Positions 1 through 11,273 of a stretch of 64,000 nucleotides of DNA are shown in pieces (position 1 is the stretch's first letter; each line of letters starts with the position of its first letter). The translations under genes and the position numbers were made by a program. Source of the DNA: an uncultured Bradymonadales bacterium (lineage in GTDB: Bacteria > Myxococcota_A > Bradymonadia > Bradymonadales > Bradymonadaceae); assembly GCA_964411125.1 (NCBI GenBank), contig CAYPJU010000014.1, forward strand, positions 5,566 through 69,565, in the 5' to 3' direction. The notes beneath the pieces are model-generated. The model worked only from the letters and a program-made list of their open reading frames with translations, searched no databases and was not told the origin of the DNA.

Positions 1-228
1 CGCGAGCTCTTGGACCGGATCGCGGACCCGACGTTGCAGCAGGTCGTGCTCACCCACCTGAGCGAGACGAACAACGACGTCGATCTGGCGCATCGAGAGG
101 TGACGCAGGGACTCGTCGGTTCCGACGTTTCCGTCGTCGTGGCGGTCCCCCGCCAGCCGACGCAGCTATTCGAACCGGAGGGGCGCGCCGTGTTCGACGG
201 CCCACCTCGCCAGCTCGCGCTCTTTTAG
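1..228 (+). CDS. MBL-fold metallo-hydrolase-like protein, C-terminal fragment (5' end outside window)
   Basis: Frame 1 is open from base 1 to the stop at 226-228. The tail ...LQQVVLTHLSETNNDVDLA... resembles the C-terminal THxS/H block of metallo-beta-lactamase-fold hydrolases. Eye-level similarity only. Confidence 0.4.
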   Translation, partial: RELLDRIADPTLQQVVLTHLSETNNDVDLAHREVTQGLVGSDVSVVVAVPRQPTQLFEPEGRAVFDGPPRQLALF

Positions 229-383
229 GATCTGGGGGATGGGTTCGCGGACCGAGCGTAGCGAGGTCGGTCGTCCGCGCCGGGACGGAGCCCGGCGTTC
301 CCTGCGTCGGTGGCGAAGAGGCTAGCGTTTCGGGGGGGCGATCCAGTAGTGTATCCGGCATCTCCTCCACCAAGAATGGTCTG

Positions 384-1388
384 ATGTACGGCGAGTTCGA
401 ACTGATCGAGAAGATCGCAGCAGTATTCGACACCCCCGAGGGTCTGACGCTCGGGATCGGGGACGATTGCGCGATCCTGGATCCGGGGCGGTTCGATCTG
501 GTGACGACGGATTCGCTGGTGGAGGGAGTTCACTTCGAGACGAAGTGGTCCTCGCCGGTGGACATCGGTTGGAAGTCGGTCGCGGTATGCATGAGCGACA
601 TCGCGGCGATGGGTGGTGGTCCTGGTGCGTTCTTTCTGAACCTGGCGCTCGGGCCGACGGTCGACGAACGGTTCGTGGACGGTCTGTTGGAGGGAATGCG
701 TGCGGCGTGCGACGAGCTGACGCCGGACAGCTTCGAGGTCGCGGCTGGGGGTGGAGACGTGACGGCGTCACCCGGTCCGACCATGATTTCGATCACGCTG
801 TTGGGAGAGGCATCGCCGGCGGGGCCGGTGATGCGATCCGGAGCGCTCCCGGGTGATCGCATCGCGCTGCTCGGGCCCGTGGGCTCGGCGGAGGCGGGGC
901 TTCGGTTGCTCCGCGGGGAGCTAGGGGCGAACCCGGACGAGTACCCGGCGCTGGTCGCGGCCCACCGTCGGCCGAGGCCGCGGGTCAAAGAAGGTGCCCT
1001 TCTCGGTCTGTACGGGGTTCCGTCGGCGATGATCGACGTCAGCGACGGAGTGGCGCAGGATCTCGGACACATCCTGCAGCGCAGCAACGTCGGGGCGTCG
1101 ATCGAGACGCACAACCTTCCGCGGGACGCCGAGCTGATCCGTCTGTCCGACAACCTGGGGATCGACACGACTCCGTGGATGCTCTCCGGTGGAGACGACT
1201 ACGAACTTCTCATGGTGGTCCCGCCGGCGCGGATGACGAAGCTTTGGGACCTCGCCCGCCGACACGACTGGGACGTGTACGACATCGGGGAGATCAGGGG
1301 GCGGGAAGAAGGTCTCCGGATCGTGGGGCCAGACGGTCAGGCGATGGATATGGACTGGAGTGGATATCGGCATTTCGGAGCGACATGA
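384..1388 (+). CDS. thiL: thiamine-monophosphate kinase
   Basis: 334-aa ORF. EFELIEKI...LGIGDDCAIL...VTTDSLVEGVHF at the N-terminus and LSGGDDYELL near the C-terminus are typical of the AIR-synthase-related ThiL family. Confidence 0.9.
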   Translation: MYGEFELIEKIAAVFDTPEGLTLGIGDDCAILDPGRFDLVTTDSLVEGVHFETKWSSPVDIGWKSVAVCMSDIAAMGGGPGAFFLNLALGPTVDERFVDGLLEGMRAACDELTPDSFEVAAGGGDVTASPGPTMISITLLGEASPAGPVMRSGALPGDRIALLGPVGSAEAGLRLLRGELGANPDEYPALVAAHRRPRPRVKEGALLGLYGVPSAMIDVSDGVAQDLGHILQRSNVGASIETHNLPRDAELIRLSDNLGIDTTPWMLSGGDDYELLMVVPPARMTKLWDLARRHDWDVYDIGEIRGREEGLRIVGPDGQAMDMDWSGYRHFGAT

Positions 1389-2203
1389 GCGATCCGGCGA
1401 ACGAGCATCAGTCGGCGTTGGCGCACCGTGAGGTCGTCGAACCGCTGTGGACCGCGCCGGTGTACGAGGCGTGCGGCATTACGGAACAGTCGATCGATCC
1501 CGGCGTGTCGGTCCTGGTGGCGGAGTCGCGTTGCGGCTACATCCCCGTGACTTGGGCGCCGACGCTGCCCGAGGACGTTCGAGTCATCGCCCTGGACCCG
1601 AGCCGAGCGATGCTCGACCAGGCTCGGCAGCGCATCGACGAAGAGCTGGCCCGCCGCGTTTTCTTCGTGCCGCAACGCTCCGACAATCTAACGTACGCGG
1701 ACGACGTCTTTCGAACCTCCCTCTGCCTCAACGGGCTGACGACGATGCGCCACGTTCGAGAGGCGACGAGCGAGCTCGCGCGGGTCACCCAGCAAGGGGG
1801 GAGCGTGATCGTCGCGACACCGCTTCGCGAGTGTTTTTCGGAGTTCTACGACATTTTCGACGAGGCGCTTCGTGCTCATCACCTGCACGACGTGCTGGGA
1901 CGCCTTCACCAACTACAGGGTTCGTTCATGACGCCGGGGCGGCTCGCGTCGGTCGCGGAGGATGCAGGACTTCACGACCCGCAGGTCCATGAGGTGTCGT
2001 GGGACGTGGAGTTCGAGTCGGGACAGCATCTCTTGATGAGCCCGCTGGTTCGCGAGACGTACTTCCCGCAATGGATCGGAGTCGTCCGGTCGTCCGACCG
2101 CGAACCGGTGCTTCGCTACATCGCGGATGCCATCGACATGTACTGGCACGACCGTCCGTTCGTCAGCCAGATGCGCGCCGGCGTCCTGCGAGGGATGGTC
2201 TGA
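1385..2203 (+). CDS. class I SAM-dependent methyltransferase-like protein
   Basis: The inferred ATG at 1385 overlaps the thiL stop (ATGA). 272 aa. VRVIALDPSRAMLDQARQR and ELARVTQQGGSVIVATP fit the post-I and later motifs of the Rossmann MTase fold. Motif I is degenerate (VLVAESRCGY). Confidence 0.6.
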   Translation: MSDPANEHQSALAHREVVEPLWTAPVYEACGITEQSIDPGVSVLVAESRCGYIPVTWAPTLPEDVRVIALDPSRAMLDQARQRIDEELARRVFFVPQRSDNLTYADDVFRTSLCLNGLTTMRHVREATSELARVTQQGGSVIVATPLRECFSEFYDIFDEALRAHHLHDVLGRLHQLQGSFMTPGRLASVAEDAGLHDPQVHEVSWDVEFESGQHLLMSPLVRETYFPQWIGVVRSSDREPVLRYIADAIDMYWHDRPFVSQMRAGVLRGMV

Positions 2204-2213
2204 CCGACCGCGG

Positions 2214-3422
2214 TCACTTCGCCAGCCGGACTCCCGAGAACTGCCACCGCGCGTCGGGGGGGAAGAAGTTCCGGTAGGTAGGCCGAATGTGGCTCAGCGA
2301 GGTCGCACAACTCCCCCCGCGCAACACGTACTGTCCACACATGAACTTCCCGTTGTACTCGCCGATTGCGCCCTCGGGGGCACGATACCCGGGATAGGGG
2401 CCGTAGTCGCTGCGGGTCCATTCCCACACGTCGCCGAAGAACTGGTCATGGTCTCCGGCGAACGGATGGAAGCGGAGTGAGTCGGCGAAATTCGCCTGTT
2501 CGGTTCCGGAGTCGGAGGACGCGACCTCCCACTCGAACTCGGTCGGCAACCGCGCGCCGGCCCAGGTCGCGTATGCTTCCGCTTCGAAGAAACTGATGTG
2601 GGTCACGGGCGCGCCGCGGTCGACGGGGCGAAAACCACCGAGCGTCATCTCGAACCACTGCCCGTCTCGTTCGGTCCAGTAGAGTGGCGCGTTCCAGCCG
2701 CGCTCCCGGACCGCGGCCCAGCCGGCGCTCAGCCAGAGGCGCACGTCCCGGTAGCCGCCGTCTTCGATGAAGTCGAGCCACTCCCCGGCCGTGACGAGGC
2801 GGTCCGCGATCTCGAACGCGCCGACGAACGTCTCGTGCCTCGGAAGCTCGTTGTCGTAGCAGAAGTCCTCGGAGGAGTGGCCGATCTGCCGCATTCCTCC
2901 CGCGTAGGTGCGCCAGCCGGGCGCGGGGACCGTCGTGGTGCTCGTCGGAGCGGCGGTCTCGGCGAAGACGGGATGGAGGGGATTCTGGGCGAAGACGTGT
3001 TTGATGTCGGTGAGTAGAAGCTCCTGGTGTTGCTGCTCGTGATGAATGCCGATCTCGAGCACGTCGGTGTCGAGCGCGTCGAAGTGTTCGTCGACCGCCT
3101 CGTCGACCATCGCGCGGTAGGCCATGACCTCGTCGGTGGTCGGTCGGCTGAGGACGCCTCGTCGCTCGCGGGGCCACTGATCCCCGACGGTCTGGTAATA
3201 AGAGTTGAAGAGGACGTCGTAGGCGGCCGGCGGATCCCAATCGGGGACACTTCCGGCGAGCACGAAGGTGTCGAAGAACCAGGTGGTGTGCGCGAGGTGC
3301 CACTTCGTCGGACTGACGTCGGGCATCGACTGGACGACGAAGTCCTCGGGTTCCAGCTCGTCGCAGAGCTGGCGCGTGAACCTTCGGACGTCGCGGAAGT
3401 GTTCGAGGAGCCCTGAATTCAT
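2214..3422 (-). CDS. egtB: EgtB-type sulfoxide synthase (DinB-like N-domain plus FGE-sulfatase-like C-domain)
   Basis: 402 aa. WHLAHTTWFFDTF and the iron-binding HHEQQHQEL (HX3HXE) lie in the N-domain. The C-terminal YVLRGGSCATS...RNFFPPDARWQFSGVRLA block is typical of the EgtB/FGE fold. Confidence 0.8.
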   Translation of the reverse strand: MNSGLLEHFRDVRRFTRQLCDELEPEDFVVQSMPDVSPTKWHLAHTTWFFDTFVLAGSVPDWDPPAAYDVLFNSYYQTVGDQWPRERRGVLSRPTTDEVMAYRAMVDEAVDEHFDALDTDVLEIGIHHEQQHQELLLTDIKHVFAQNPLHPVFAETAAPTSTTTVPAPGWRTYAGGMRQIGHSSEDFCYDNELPRHETFVGAFEIADRLVTAGEWLDFIEDGGYRDVRLWLSAGWAAVRERGWNAPLYWTERDGQWFEMTLGGFRPVDRGAPVTHISFFEAEAYATWAGARLPTEFEWEVASSDSGTEQANFADSLRFHPFAGDHDQFFGDVWEWTRSDYGPYPGYRAPEGAIGEYNGKFMCGQYVLRGGSCATSLSHIRPTYRNFFPPDARWQFSGVRLAK

Positions 3423-3432
3423 GGGAGTTACG

Positions 3433-4173
3433 CTATTCGAGCAAACGATAGAGGAAGAAGAGGAAGATTCCGCCCCATATCGTAAACACGAGCCAGACGA
3501 GCGCCCGTTTGAAGCGAGCGGCAGTGCGGGCGAAGTCGTCCACCCCTACCTGTGCGCGAGCCTGCGCCACGATGAGCCGGGCTTGAAAGCTGGACCCGAG
3601 CTCCTCGAGGTACTGCCTCCCCCCCGGTACGTCGGGATTCTCGAGGACGAAGAACCGTAGCTGACGGACGCCGTACTCGAGGAGTTCCTCGTCTCGGACG
3701 AACGAGGCGAATTTGGTGAGGTTTTCCTCGGTGGGGTCCTCGGACAGCGCGCGCCACAGGAGCGAGGCCTGGTCGTGGACGTCCTCCTTGCCGGGCGGGG
3801 GGGCGTCCCATGGAGCGAACCCTCGTTCGTAGCGCTCGCCTTCTTCGCGGGCGAGGCCGCAGCGCGGGCAGTAGTCCTCCTCGTCTCCGAGCTTGTGGGC
3901 ACATTTCGCGCAGCGCGGACCGGGGCCCGGCTCGGGGAAGAGCTTGTCGAGGGCGTCCTTTTTGAGCCAGGCGGACCCACCCTTGAGCCGAGTCTCGGGG
4001 GCCGGTACGTCGGCCAGAGCGTCCTGCTTCCGGGGCGCCGATTTCGGGGCCGCGGCAGGGGCACCGAGCGGGTTGTCGAAACCGCAGTTTTCGCAAACCA
4101 GCACGACGCCGGAGTCCCGGGTGAGGACCTCGGCTGGGCCGATGTGCTGGCAATTCGCGCAACGGATTTCCAT
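3433..4173 (-). CDS. double zinc-ribbon protein with a single C-terminal transmembrane helix (tail-anchored)
   Basis: 246 aa. Two CxxC...CxxC pairs are present (CANC...CENC and CAKC...CPRC). The extreme C-terminus LVWLVFTIWGGIFLFFLYRLLE is hydrophobic. The gene starts 3 nt after the M50 protease stop. Confidence 0.6.
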   Translation of the reverse strand: MEIRCANCQHIGPAEVLTRDSGVVLVCENCGFDNPLGAPAAAPKSAPRKQDALADVPAPETRLKGGSAWLKKDALDKLFPEPGPGPRCAKCAHKLGDEEDYCPRCGLAREEGERYERGFAPWDAPPPGKEDVHDQASLLWRALSEDPTEENLTKFASFVRDEELLEYGVRQLRFFVLENPDVPGGRQYLEELGSSFQARLIVAQARAQVGVDDFARTAARFKRALVWLVFTIWGGIFLFFLYRLLE

Positions 4174-4176
4174 CGT

Positions 4177-5094
4177 TCAAAAGCCCTTCGAGATCATGTC
4201 GAGCACCGACGCATCGTGAATCGGCGCGGCGCTGAACGTGGTCGCGAACATTCCGACGCTCGCCCACGCGAGCCAGGTATCGCGGCCCCGGACGGGGGGG
4301 CCTTCCACGATGTCGGGATGTCGAATACCAAGGATCCACACGAGGATGGCAAACATCAACCATCCAGCGAAAGCGAAGATACCGAGGAGCACGAGCGCCG
4401 CGAAGAGGATCGGCGCCACACGGTTGAAACGCTCGCCGAAGACCGTGTAGGCGATGTGTCCACCGTCGAGCTGCCCGAGGGGGAGGAGATTGAGCGCGGT
4501 GAGGAGACAGCCGGTCCATCCGGCCATCGCCATCGGATGGAGGTAAACATCGGAACCGGCGGGAATTTCGGGGTGGAAGATCGCCTCGCCGAGCATGATC
4601 AGGACTGAGTTTCCGAGAGTCATCGCCTGTTCCGGACCTTCGGGCAACGGCTGAACCTCCGAGATCGCCATGCCGACCATCAAGACCGGAATCGACACGA
4701 TCCAGCCGGCGAGAGGGCCCCAAGCGCCGATGTCGAGAAGTTGGCGGGCGCGCATCGGCTTCATCTCGAGCTTGATGAACGCGCCGAGGGTCCCGATGAA
4801 CGGGATCGTTCCGAGGGTCGGGATCGGCAGTCCGGGGATGAAGTACGGCGGCGAGACCTCCACGCCGTGCCGGCGCGCTTGCAGGTAGTGCCCCATCTCG
4901 TGGGCGAAGAGGATCACCATGACGCACACCGCGTAGCTCGCGGCGGCGAGCGCGTCGCTGGCCGAGGGAACGGCGGTGAGTCGTGCGACACCCTCGGTAC
5001 CGGTCATCGCGAGCCCGGCGGCGAACGTCGTGACGAGCGCCAGGAGGATGAGAGGCACGTGGGGCCACGCCCACTGTCGAAGCTCGTGATTCAC
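4177..5094 (-). CDS. site-2 protease family (peptidase M50) intramembrane metalloprotease
   Basis: 305 aa and polytopic. The HExxH motif sits in a TM segment (FAHEMGHYLQARRHG). The second motif NLLPLGQLDGGH is present. Its start overlaps the upstream gene stop by 4 nt. Confidence 0.85.
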   Translation of the reverse strand: MNHELRQWAWPHVPLILLALVTTFAAGLAMTGTEGVARLTAVPSASDALAAASYAVCVMVILFAHEMGHYLQARRHGVEVSPPYFIPGLPIPTLGTIPFIGTLGAFIKLEMKPMRARQLLDIGAWGPLAGWIVSIPVLMVGMAISEVQPLPEGPEQAMTLGNSVLIMLGEAIFHPEIPAGSDVYLHPMAMAGWTGCLLTALNLLPLGQLDGGHIAYTVFGERFNRVAPILFAALVLLGIFAFAGWLMFAILVWILGIRHPDIVEGPPVRGRDTWLAWASVGMFATTFSAAPIHDASVLDMISKGF

Positions 5095-6305
5095 AGTGGT
5101 ACGACGGACCCGTCGGTGTCGAACCGGTAAAGACCGAGGACACGGATCGGCTCACCAGAGGGGCCGAATCGCAGGGGCCCTGCGACGCCGGTCCACGGCT
5201 TGGTGGTCGGCAGGCTGCGTACGAGTGCCGCGCGAGGCTTCTCCCGTCCGATCGAACTCGCCCCGAGCTGGCTGACGAGCCAGACGATATCGAACGTTTC
5301 GGCCTCGATGTCGACGGGGCGGCGACCGGTCGCCGCTTCGAACGTCCGGGAGAACTCTTCCTGCCGCCCCCCGGCCGCATCGCCAGCGAACGTGTCGACG
5401 TAGAGCGCTCCGGCGGCCGCTCCGCCCCCCAGCTCCATCGTCTTGCCCTGCCAACCCGACAGGCCGAGGAGCTGCACGGCGACCCCCTCCCCTCCGTCGC
5501 CATTCTGAATGCCGACGACGGGAAGAAAGGGGAGGAGTCGGGCGACGCGGTAGTGGAAATCTGGGACGAAGAGGACCTCGAAATCGACCTTCGGCTTGCT
5601 GCCGAGCCGAGCGAAACCGCTGGCGTCGGTCTTCCATTTGCCGACCGTGCCTTTCTTCCCGAGGTAGACCTTCTTTCCCACGACGACGTCGAGGACCCCT
5701 TCGAAGTTGGTGGTGTCTTCGGGGTAGTTGGCGACGGCAGTCACGCGCCCTCCCCTGCTGGTGAAGCGCTCGGTGAAGGCAATCGCGGCGTCGGTCCCGT
5801 AGGTGATCTGTGGGTAAGCGACGGCCGCGGTCTTCACGTCGAGGTGGTCGATGGCGATGTCGGCCATCGCGGTCGCCTGTTCGGCCGGGCTGGTCCGCAC
5901 CCGGAAGACCCATCCTCCGGCGCGGTTGACGGACTCCGCGGCGGTGAGCGCAAAGAGAGGGATGCCGAAGCGCTGGGCGGTCGCGGCGGCGGCCTGAGAC
6001 TCACGAATCCCGAGCGGTCCGACGACGGCGACGACGGAGGGGTCCCGTGCGAGTTCGGTGACCGCTTTCACGGCGCCGGCAGGCTCGCCTCCGGTATCGT
6101 GCACCACGATTCGGGCGCCGGTGTCCTGTGCGGCCAGGCGGGCGCTCTCTACGATCTGCTTGCCGAGGGGAGCGTACTCGCCGGTCGTGGGAACCGCGAT
6201 TCCGACGGAAAAGCTCGCCGCCGGGGGTGGGGATTGCTGAGCGAGTGCAGACGGCCCCAGCATCAGGGCCGCGGTAGCGAGTGTCGCTGCGAGAAGTCGG
6301 GTCAA
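5091..6305 (-). CDS. periplasmic type-I solute-binding protein (Leu/Ile/Val-binding / LpoA-like family)
   Basis: Inferred TTG start at 6305 gives the signal peptide [24 protein letters not shown]. The mature part ([29 protein letters not shown]...VVGPLG) resembles the Peripla_BP_6 family. The upstream part of the 612-aa track ORF is a shadow of dnaJ. Confidence 0.7.
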   Translation of the reverse strand: MTRLLAATLATAALMLGPSALAQQSPPPAASFSVGIAVPTTGEYAPLGKQIVESARLAAQDTGARIVVHDTGGEPAGAVKAVTELARDPSVVAVVGPLGIRESQAAAATAQRFGIPLFALTAAESVNRAGGWVFRVRTSPAEQATAMADIAIDHLDVKTAAVAYPQITYGTDAAIAFTERFTSRGGRVTAVANYPEDTTNFEGVLDVVVGKKVYLGKKGTVGKWKTDASGFARLGSKPKVDFEVLFVPDFHYRVARLLPFLPVVGIQNGDGGEGVAVQLLGLSGWQGKTMELGGGAAAGALYVDTFAGDAAGGRQEEFSRTFEAATGRRPVDIEAETFDIVWLVSQLGASSIGREKPRAALVRSLPTTKPWTGVAGPLRFGPSGEPIRVLGLYRFDTDGSVVPL

Positions 6306-7420
6306 TCGAAGAGCTCTTTCATCCGGGCGAAAAACCCCTTCGATTCGGGGTGTACCTCTTCGCCGGAGAGTTCGGCCAGCTCCTCGAGAAGCTCCTTCTG
6401 CCGGTCGGTGAGGTTCACCGGGGTTTCGACGACGAGGGTGACCAACTGATCGCCGGCGGTACCTCCACCGACGGACGGGAAGCCCTTCTTCTTGAGTCTC
6501 AAGACGCGGCCGGACTGGGTGCCGGCGGGGACGGTCATCTTGACCTTTCCTTCGAGTGTCGGGACGTCGATTTTCCCGCCCAACGCCGCGACGGTGAAGC
6601 TGATCGGGACGGTGCAGAGGAGATCGTCGCCATCGCGTTCGAAGAGGCTGTGCTCCTCCAATCGGATGACGATGTAGAGGTCGCCGCGGGGTGCTCCGGG
6701 GCTGCCCGGTGCGCCGCGCCCTTCCCAGCGAAGCTTCTGGTTCTCGCGGACCCCGGGAGGGATGTCGACCTCGAGGGTGGTCGAGCCCTGGACGAAACCG
6801 GACTGTTTGCAGGTCGGGCAGGGTTCGTCGATGTAGGTCCCGGTCGCTCCGCAGCGGGTGCAGGGTCGGGCCATGACGAAGAAGCCCTGCTGCTGCCGCA
6901 TCTGGCCGGTGCCACCGCAGAGGGTGCACGTGATGGGCTTGCTCCCGGGGGCCGCCCCGCTGCCGTCGCAGGTGTCGCAGGTGTCGAAGGTCGGTATTTC
7001 GACCTCCTTCTTGGCGCCGAGGGCAGCTTCCTCGAAGCTGATCTCGAGGTCCATGCGAAGGTCGGCGCCGCGGGATGCCCGTCGCCCGCCGCCGCGAGCC
7101 GCGCCGCCGCCAAACATCGACCCGAGGATGTCGAACAGATCCCCGAAGTCTCCCACGTTGACGCTTCCGGCCCCGCCGAACGGCGAGCCGGCGCCGCCGA
7201 AGCCCTTGGTCGTCCCGTAGCGGTCGTAGGCCGCCTTCTTCTGCGGGTCGCTCAACACCTCGTAGGCGCCGGCCACCCGCTTGAAGTTTTCTTCGGCGTC
7301 GGGGTCGTCGGGGTTGGCGTCGGGATGGTACTTGCGCGCCATCTTCCGATACGCGGACTTCACTTCGTCGGGCGACGCGTTACGGTCGACTCCGAGAATT
7401 TCATATAGGTCTTCGGTCAC
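6302..7420 (-). CDS. dnaJ: molecular chaperone DnaJ
   Basis: J-domain with YHPD, then a G/F-rich linker. Four CxxCxGxG repeats are present ([32 protein letters not shown]). Confidence 0.95.
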   Translation of the reverse strand: MTEDLYEILGVDRNASPDEVKSAYRKMARKYHPDANPDDPDAEENFKRVAGAYEVLSDPQKKAAYDRYGTTKGFGGAGSPFGGAGSVNVGDFGDLFDILGSMFGGGAARGGGRRASRGADLRMDLEISFEEAALGAKKEVEIPTFDTCDTCDGSGAAPGSKPITCTLCGGTGQMRQQQGFFVMARPCTRCGATGTYIDEPCPTCKQSGFVQGSTTLEVDIPPGVRENQKLRWEGRGAPGSPGAPRGDLYIVIRLEEHSLFERDGDDLLCTVPISFTVAALGGKIDVPTLEGKVKMTVPAGTQSGRVLRLKKKGFPSVGGGTAGDQLVTLVVETPVNLTDRQKELLEELAELSGEEVHPESKGFFARMKELFD

Positions 7421-7447
7421 CAGAACAGGACCTCACGTAGATTCGAA

Positions 7448-9283
<1,836 letters not shown>

Positions 9284-9300
9284 CGTCTACTCTCTCGGTC

Positions 9301-10116
9301 TCAGTTCTGCTCTTCGGAATCGTCGCCCATCGCATCCGCCGTGGAGTTCTCGGCGGACTCGTCGGGAGTCGGCGCGGCCGTGTCCCCGGAGTCCTCTTCG
9401 GCTTCCGTGTCGGGCGGGGCGGGTTTGGCCGGTGCCGTGTTGCGAGCGACGACGACCATCGCCGGGCGGATGAGGCGGTCGTGCAGGTAGTAACCCTTCT
9501 GATACTCCTCGACCACCGTGCCAGTGGGGTACTCCTCGGACTCGACCTGCTGGATCGCTTCGTGTTTTTGTGGGTCGAACTCGGTCCCTTTCGATTCGAA
9601 GCCCTGCACTCCGTGCTTCTGCAGTGCGCCGACGAACTGACGCTGCACCATCTTGACGCCATCGATGACCGAGGATGCGTTCTCGGCCTTGTCTGCGTGC
9701 TCGAGGGCGCGCTCGAGGTTGTCGAGGACGGGCAGGAGTTCGAGGACGACGCGATCGATCCCGTACTTCCGGAGCTCTTCTTTCTCTCGCGAGGTGCGCT
9801 TACGGAAGTTCTCCAGGTCGGCGGCGGTGCGGAGGAGCCGGTTCTTCAGGTCGTCGCGCTCGGCGGAGACGGCCTCGAACTCGGCCGAGGAGGCTGCGGG
9901 AGGGGGCGAGGTCGGCGTCGCCGCGCGGCCTTCGACGGCCGACGTTTCGGCGGCGTCATCGGAGGTCGACGCGTCGGGCTCGAACTCCACCTCGCTCGCA
10001 TCGGAGTCGGGGTCGAGGAACAGATCGTCGATGGCGTCGGAGTCCGCAGGGGGCGTGCCACCTTCGGCCGCGCTCTCTTCGTTCTGCTTCTCTTCCGTTT
10101 CCCGATTGTCGGTCAC
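9301..10116 (-). CDS. grpE: nucleotide exchange factor GrpE (canonical copy, acidic N-terminal extension)
   Basis: 271 aa. RTAADLENFRKRTSREKEE...LLPVLDNLERAL...FDPQKHEA...RPAMVVV matches the GrpE pattern. It lies between hrcA and dnaK. Confidence 0.9.
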   Translation of the reverse strand: MTDNRETEEKQNEESAAEGGTPPADSDAIDDLFLDPDSDASEVEFEPDASTSDDAAETSAVEGRAATPTSPPPAASSAEFEAVSAERDDLKNRLLRTAADLENFRKRTSREKEELRKYGIDRVVLELLPVLDNLERALEHADKAENASSVIDGVKMVQRQFVGALQKHGVQGFESKGTEFDPQKHEAIQQVESEEYPTGTVVEEYQKGYYLHDRLIRPAMVVVARNTAPAKPAPPDTEAEEDSGDTAAPTPDESAENSTADAMGDDSEEQN

Positions 10117-10198
10117 CGCTCACCTCCATCCTAATGGGTTGCGCCACGGAGTCCGGCGCACGAGGAACAACTTCTGGCGGGGCTTCTCGGCCGGGCTT

Positions 10199-11224
10199 TC
10201 AGGCCCGGGATTCGAGTTCTCTACTTAGCACACGAGCGACATGGTCGACCAGTGGAATCACGCGCGCGTAGTCGAGGCGGAGCGGCCCGAGAACGCCCAC
10301 GACACCGGCCTGGTCGTCCCCTTTGTAGTACCCGCAGAGGACGAAGCTGAGGTCGTCGCCGAGCTCCCACCCGCTCTCCGGTCCAATCACGGTGACGGGG
10401 ACGCGCTCGGCACACACCTGGTCGAGAATCTCGATGACGCGTTCGCGCTCCTCGACTGCCTGCAGCAGGTCACGCAATCGCTGCATGTCTTCGGCCCACT
10501 CGACGAACTTGAAGGTACCGTCGACGTGGAGATCGGCGCGGTGCTCCCGCGCGACCTCATGGGCGACGGCGAGCGCCTGGGTCATGAACTTCTTGTACTG
10601 GGTGCGGCGATCCGTCAGCTCCTGTCGTACCCGGGTGCGCAGGGCGGGGAGCGTGGCTCCGCGTCCAATCTCGGCGAGGTAGTTCTGCATCGGCACCAGG
10701 TCGTGCGGATCGATGGGAATCTCGAAGGTGATGACCCGCTCGATCGTGGTGCCGTCGTCGTTGACGAAGATGGCGAGGACTCGCCGAACGTCGATGGAGA
10801 CGAGCCGAACGTCGACGATCTTGGTTCGGTTGGGATCGGGGCCGAGGACGAGCCCTGCCCCTTCCGAGAGCTGGCTGAGCACCGCAGAGGCCCAGCGGGC
10901 GACCGCCCGAACGTCGTCACCGTCTGGTTCGGCCAGCCCCTCGGGGAGTCGTGCCGCGGCGCTCTGGCGCCCGGCATCGGAGACGAGGACGTCGACGTAG
11001 GAGCGAAAACCGAGGGCCGTCGGTACCCGCCCAGCGGAGGTATGGGGCTGGGCGAGAAAGCCGTTCCGTTCGAGATCGGCCATCACGTTTCGGATCGTGG
11101 CCGAGCTCACCTTCACGCCCTCGCGTCGGGCGACGGCAGAGCTCGCCACGGGCTCGCCGTGGGTGATGAACTCGTCGATGACGAGGAACAGGATTTTTTT
11201 GTGTCGGTCGGATAGTTCGCTCAT
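10199..11224 (-). CDS. hrcA: heat-inducible transcriptional repressor HrcA
   Basis: ATG at 11224 (residue 141 of the 481-aa track ORF) is preceded by GGAGG. The N-terminal winged helix reads ILFLVIDEFITHGEPVASSAV...SSATIRNVMADLERNGFLAQPHTSAGRVPT. Confidence 0.85.
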   Translation of the reverse strand: MSELSDRHKKILFLVIDEFITHGEPVASSAVARREGVKVSSATIRNVMADLERNGFLAQPHTSAGRVPTALGFRSYVDVLVSDAGRQSAAARLPEGLAEPDGDDVRAVARWASAVLSQLSEGAGLVLGPDPNRTKIVDVRLVSIDVRRVLAIFVNDDGTTIERVITFEIPIDPHDLVPMQNYLAEIGRGATLPALRTRVRQELTDRRTQYKKFMTQALAVAHEVAREHRADLHVDGTFKFVEWAEDMQRLRDLLQAVEERERVIEILDQVCAERVPVTVIGPESGWELGDDLSFVLCGYYKGDDQAGVVGVLGPLRLDYARVIPLVDHVARVLSRELESRA

Positions 11225-11244
11225 GACGCCCTCCGGCGAGCGCA

Positions 11245-11273
11245 ATGTAATCAACCGCCATGGAAATTTCCAA
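11245..11273 (-). promoter_or_regulatory. candidate sigma70-type promoter for hrcA (TTGGAA-N17-TTACAT)
   Basis: Read on the minus strand: TTGGAA (11273-11268), a 17-nt spacer, TTACAT (11250-11245). This is about 20 nt upstream of the GGAGG-ATG of hrcA. Pattern match only. Confidence 0.3.
11261..11272. promoter_or_regulatory. perfect 12-bp AT-rich palindrome TGGAAATTTCCA in the hrcA divergent control region
   Basis: The sequence is self-complementary over 12/12 positions. It overlaps the candidate -35 of hrcA. It stands out against GC-rich surroundings. Confidence 0.4.

Noticed and set aside
229-383. A possible TPP riboswitch upstream of thiL.
   Set aside because: I could not find the conserved CUGAGA / ACCUGAUCUGGAUAAUGC-type core elements. 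thiL is also not a usual TPP-riboswitch target. A covariance-model scan (Rfam TPP) would settle it.
1385-2203. The methyltransferase next to egtB as the missing EgtD.
   Set aside because: It is convergent rather than co-oriented and only 272 aa. It lacks the EgtD-type N-terminal blocks by eye, and its SAM motif I is degenerate.
3428-5503. A 691-aa minus-strand ORF that spans the zinc-ribbon, M50 protease and binding-protein genes in another frame.
   Set aside because: Its composition is Arg/Pro/Gly/Ser-rich low complexity with no recognisable motif. It overlaps three ORFs with clear family signatures. This is a typical GC3-driven shadow ORF of a high-GC genome.
10224-10245. A CIRCE-like half-site, TTAGCACAC.
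   Set aside because: No inverted partner (GAGTGCTAA-like) lies within the expected 9-nt spacing. It sits inside the hrcA coding sequence near its 3' end.
11261-11272. Reading GAAATTTC as a eukaryotic-style heat-shock element (nGAAnnTTCn) upstream of a heat-shock operon.
   Set aside because: Bacteria have no HSF. The resemblance is almost certainly coincidental. I keep only the observation that it is a perfect palindrome.
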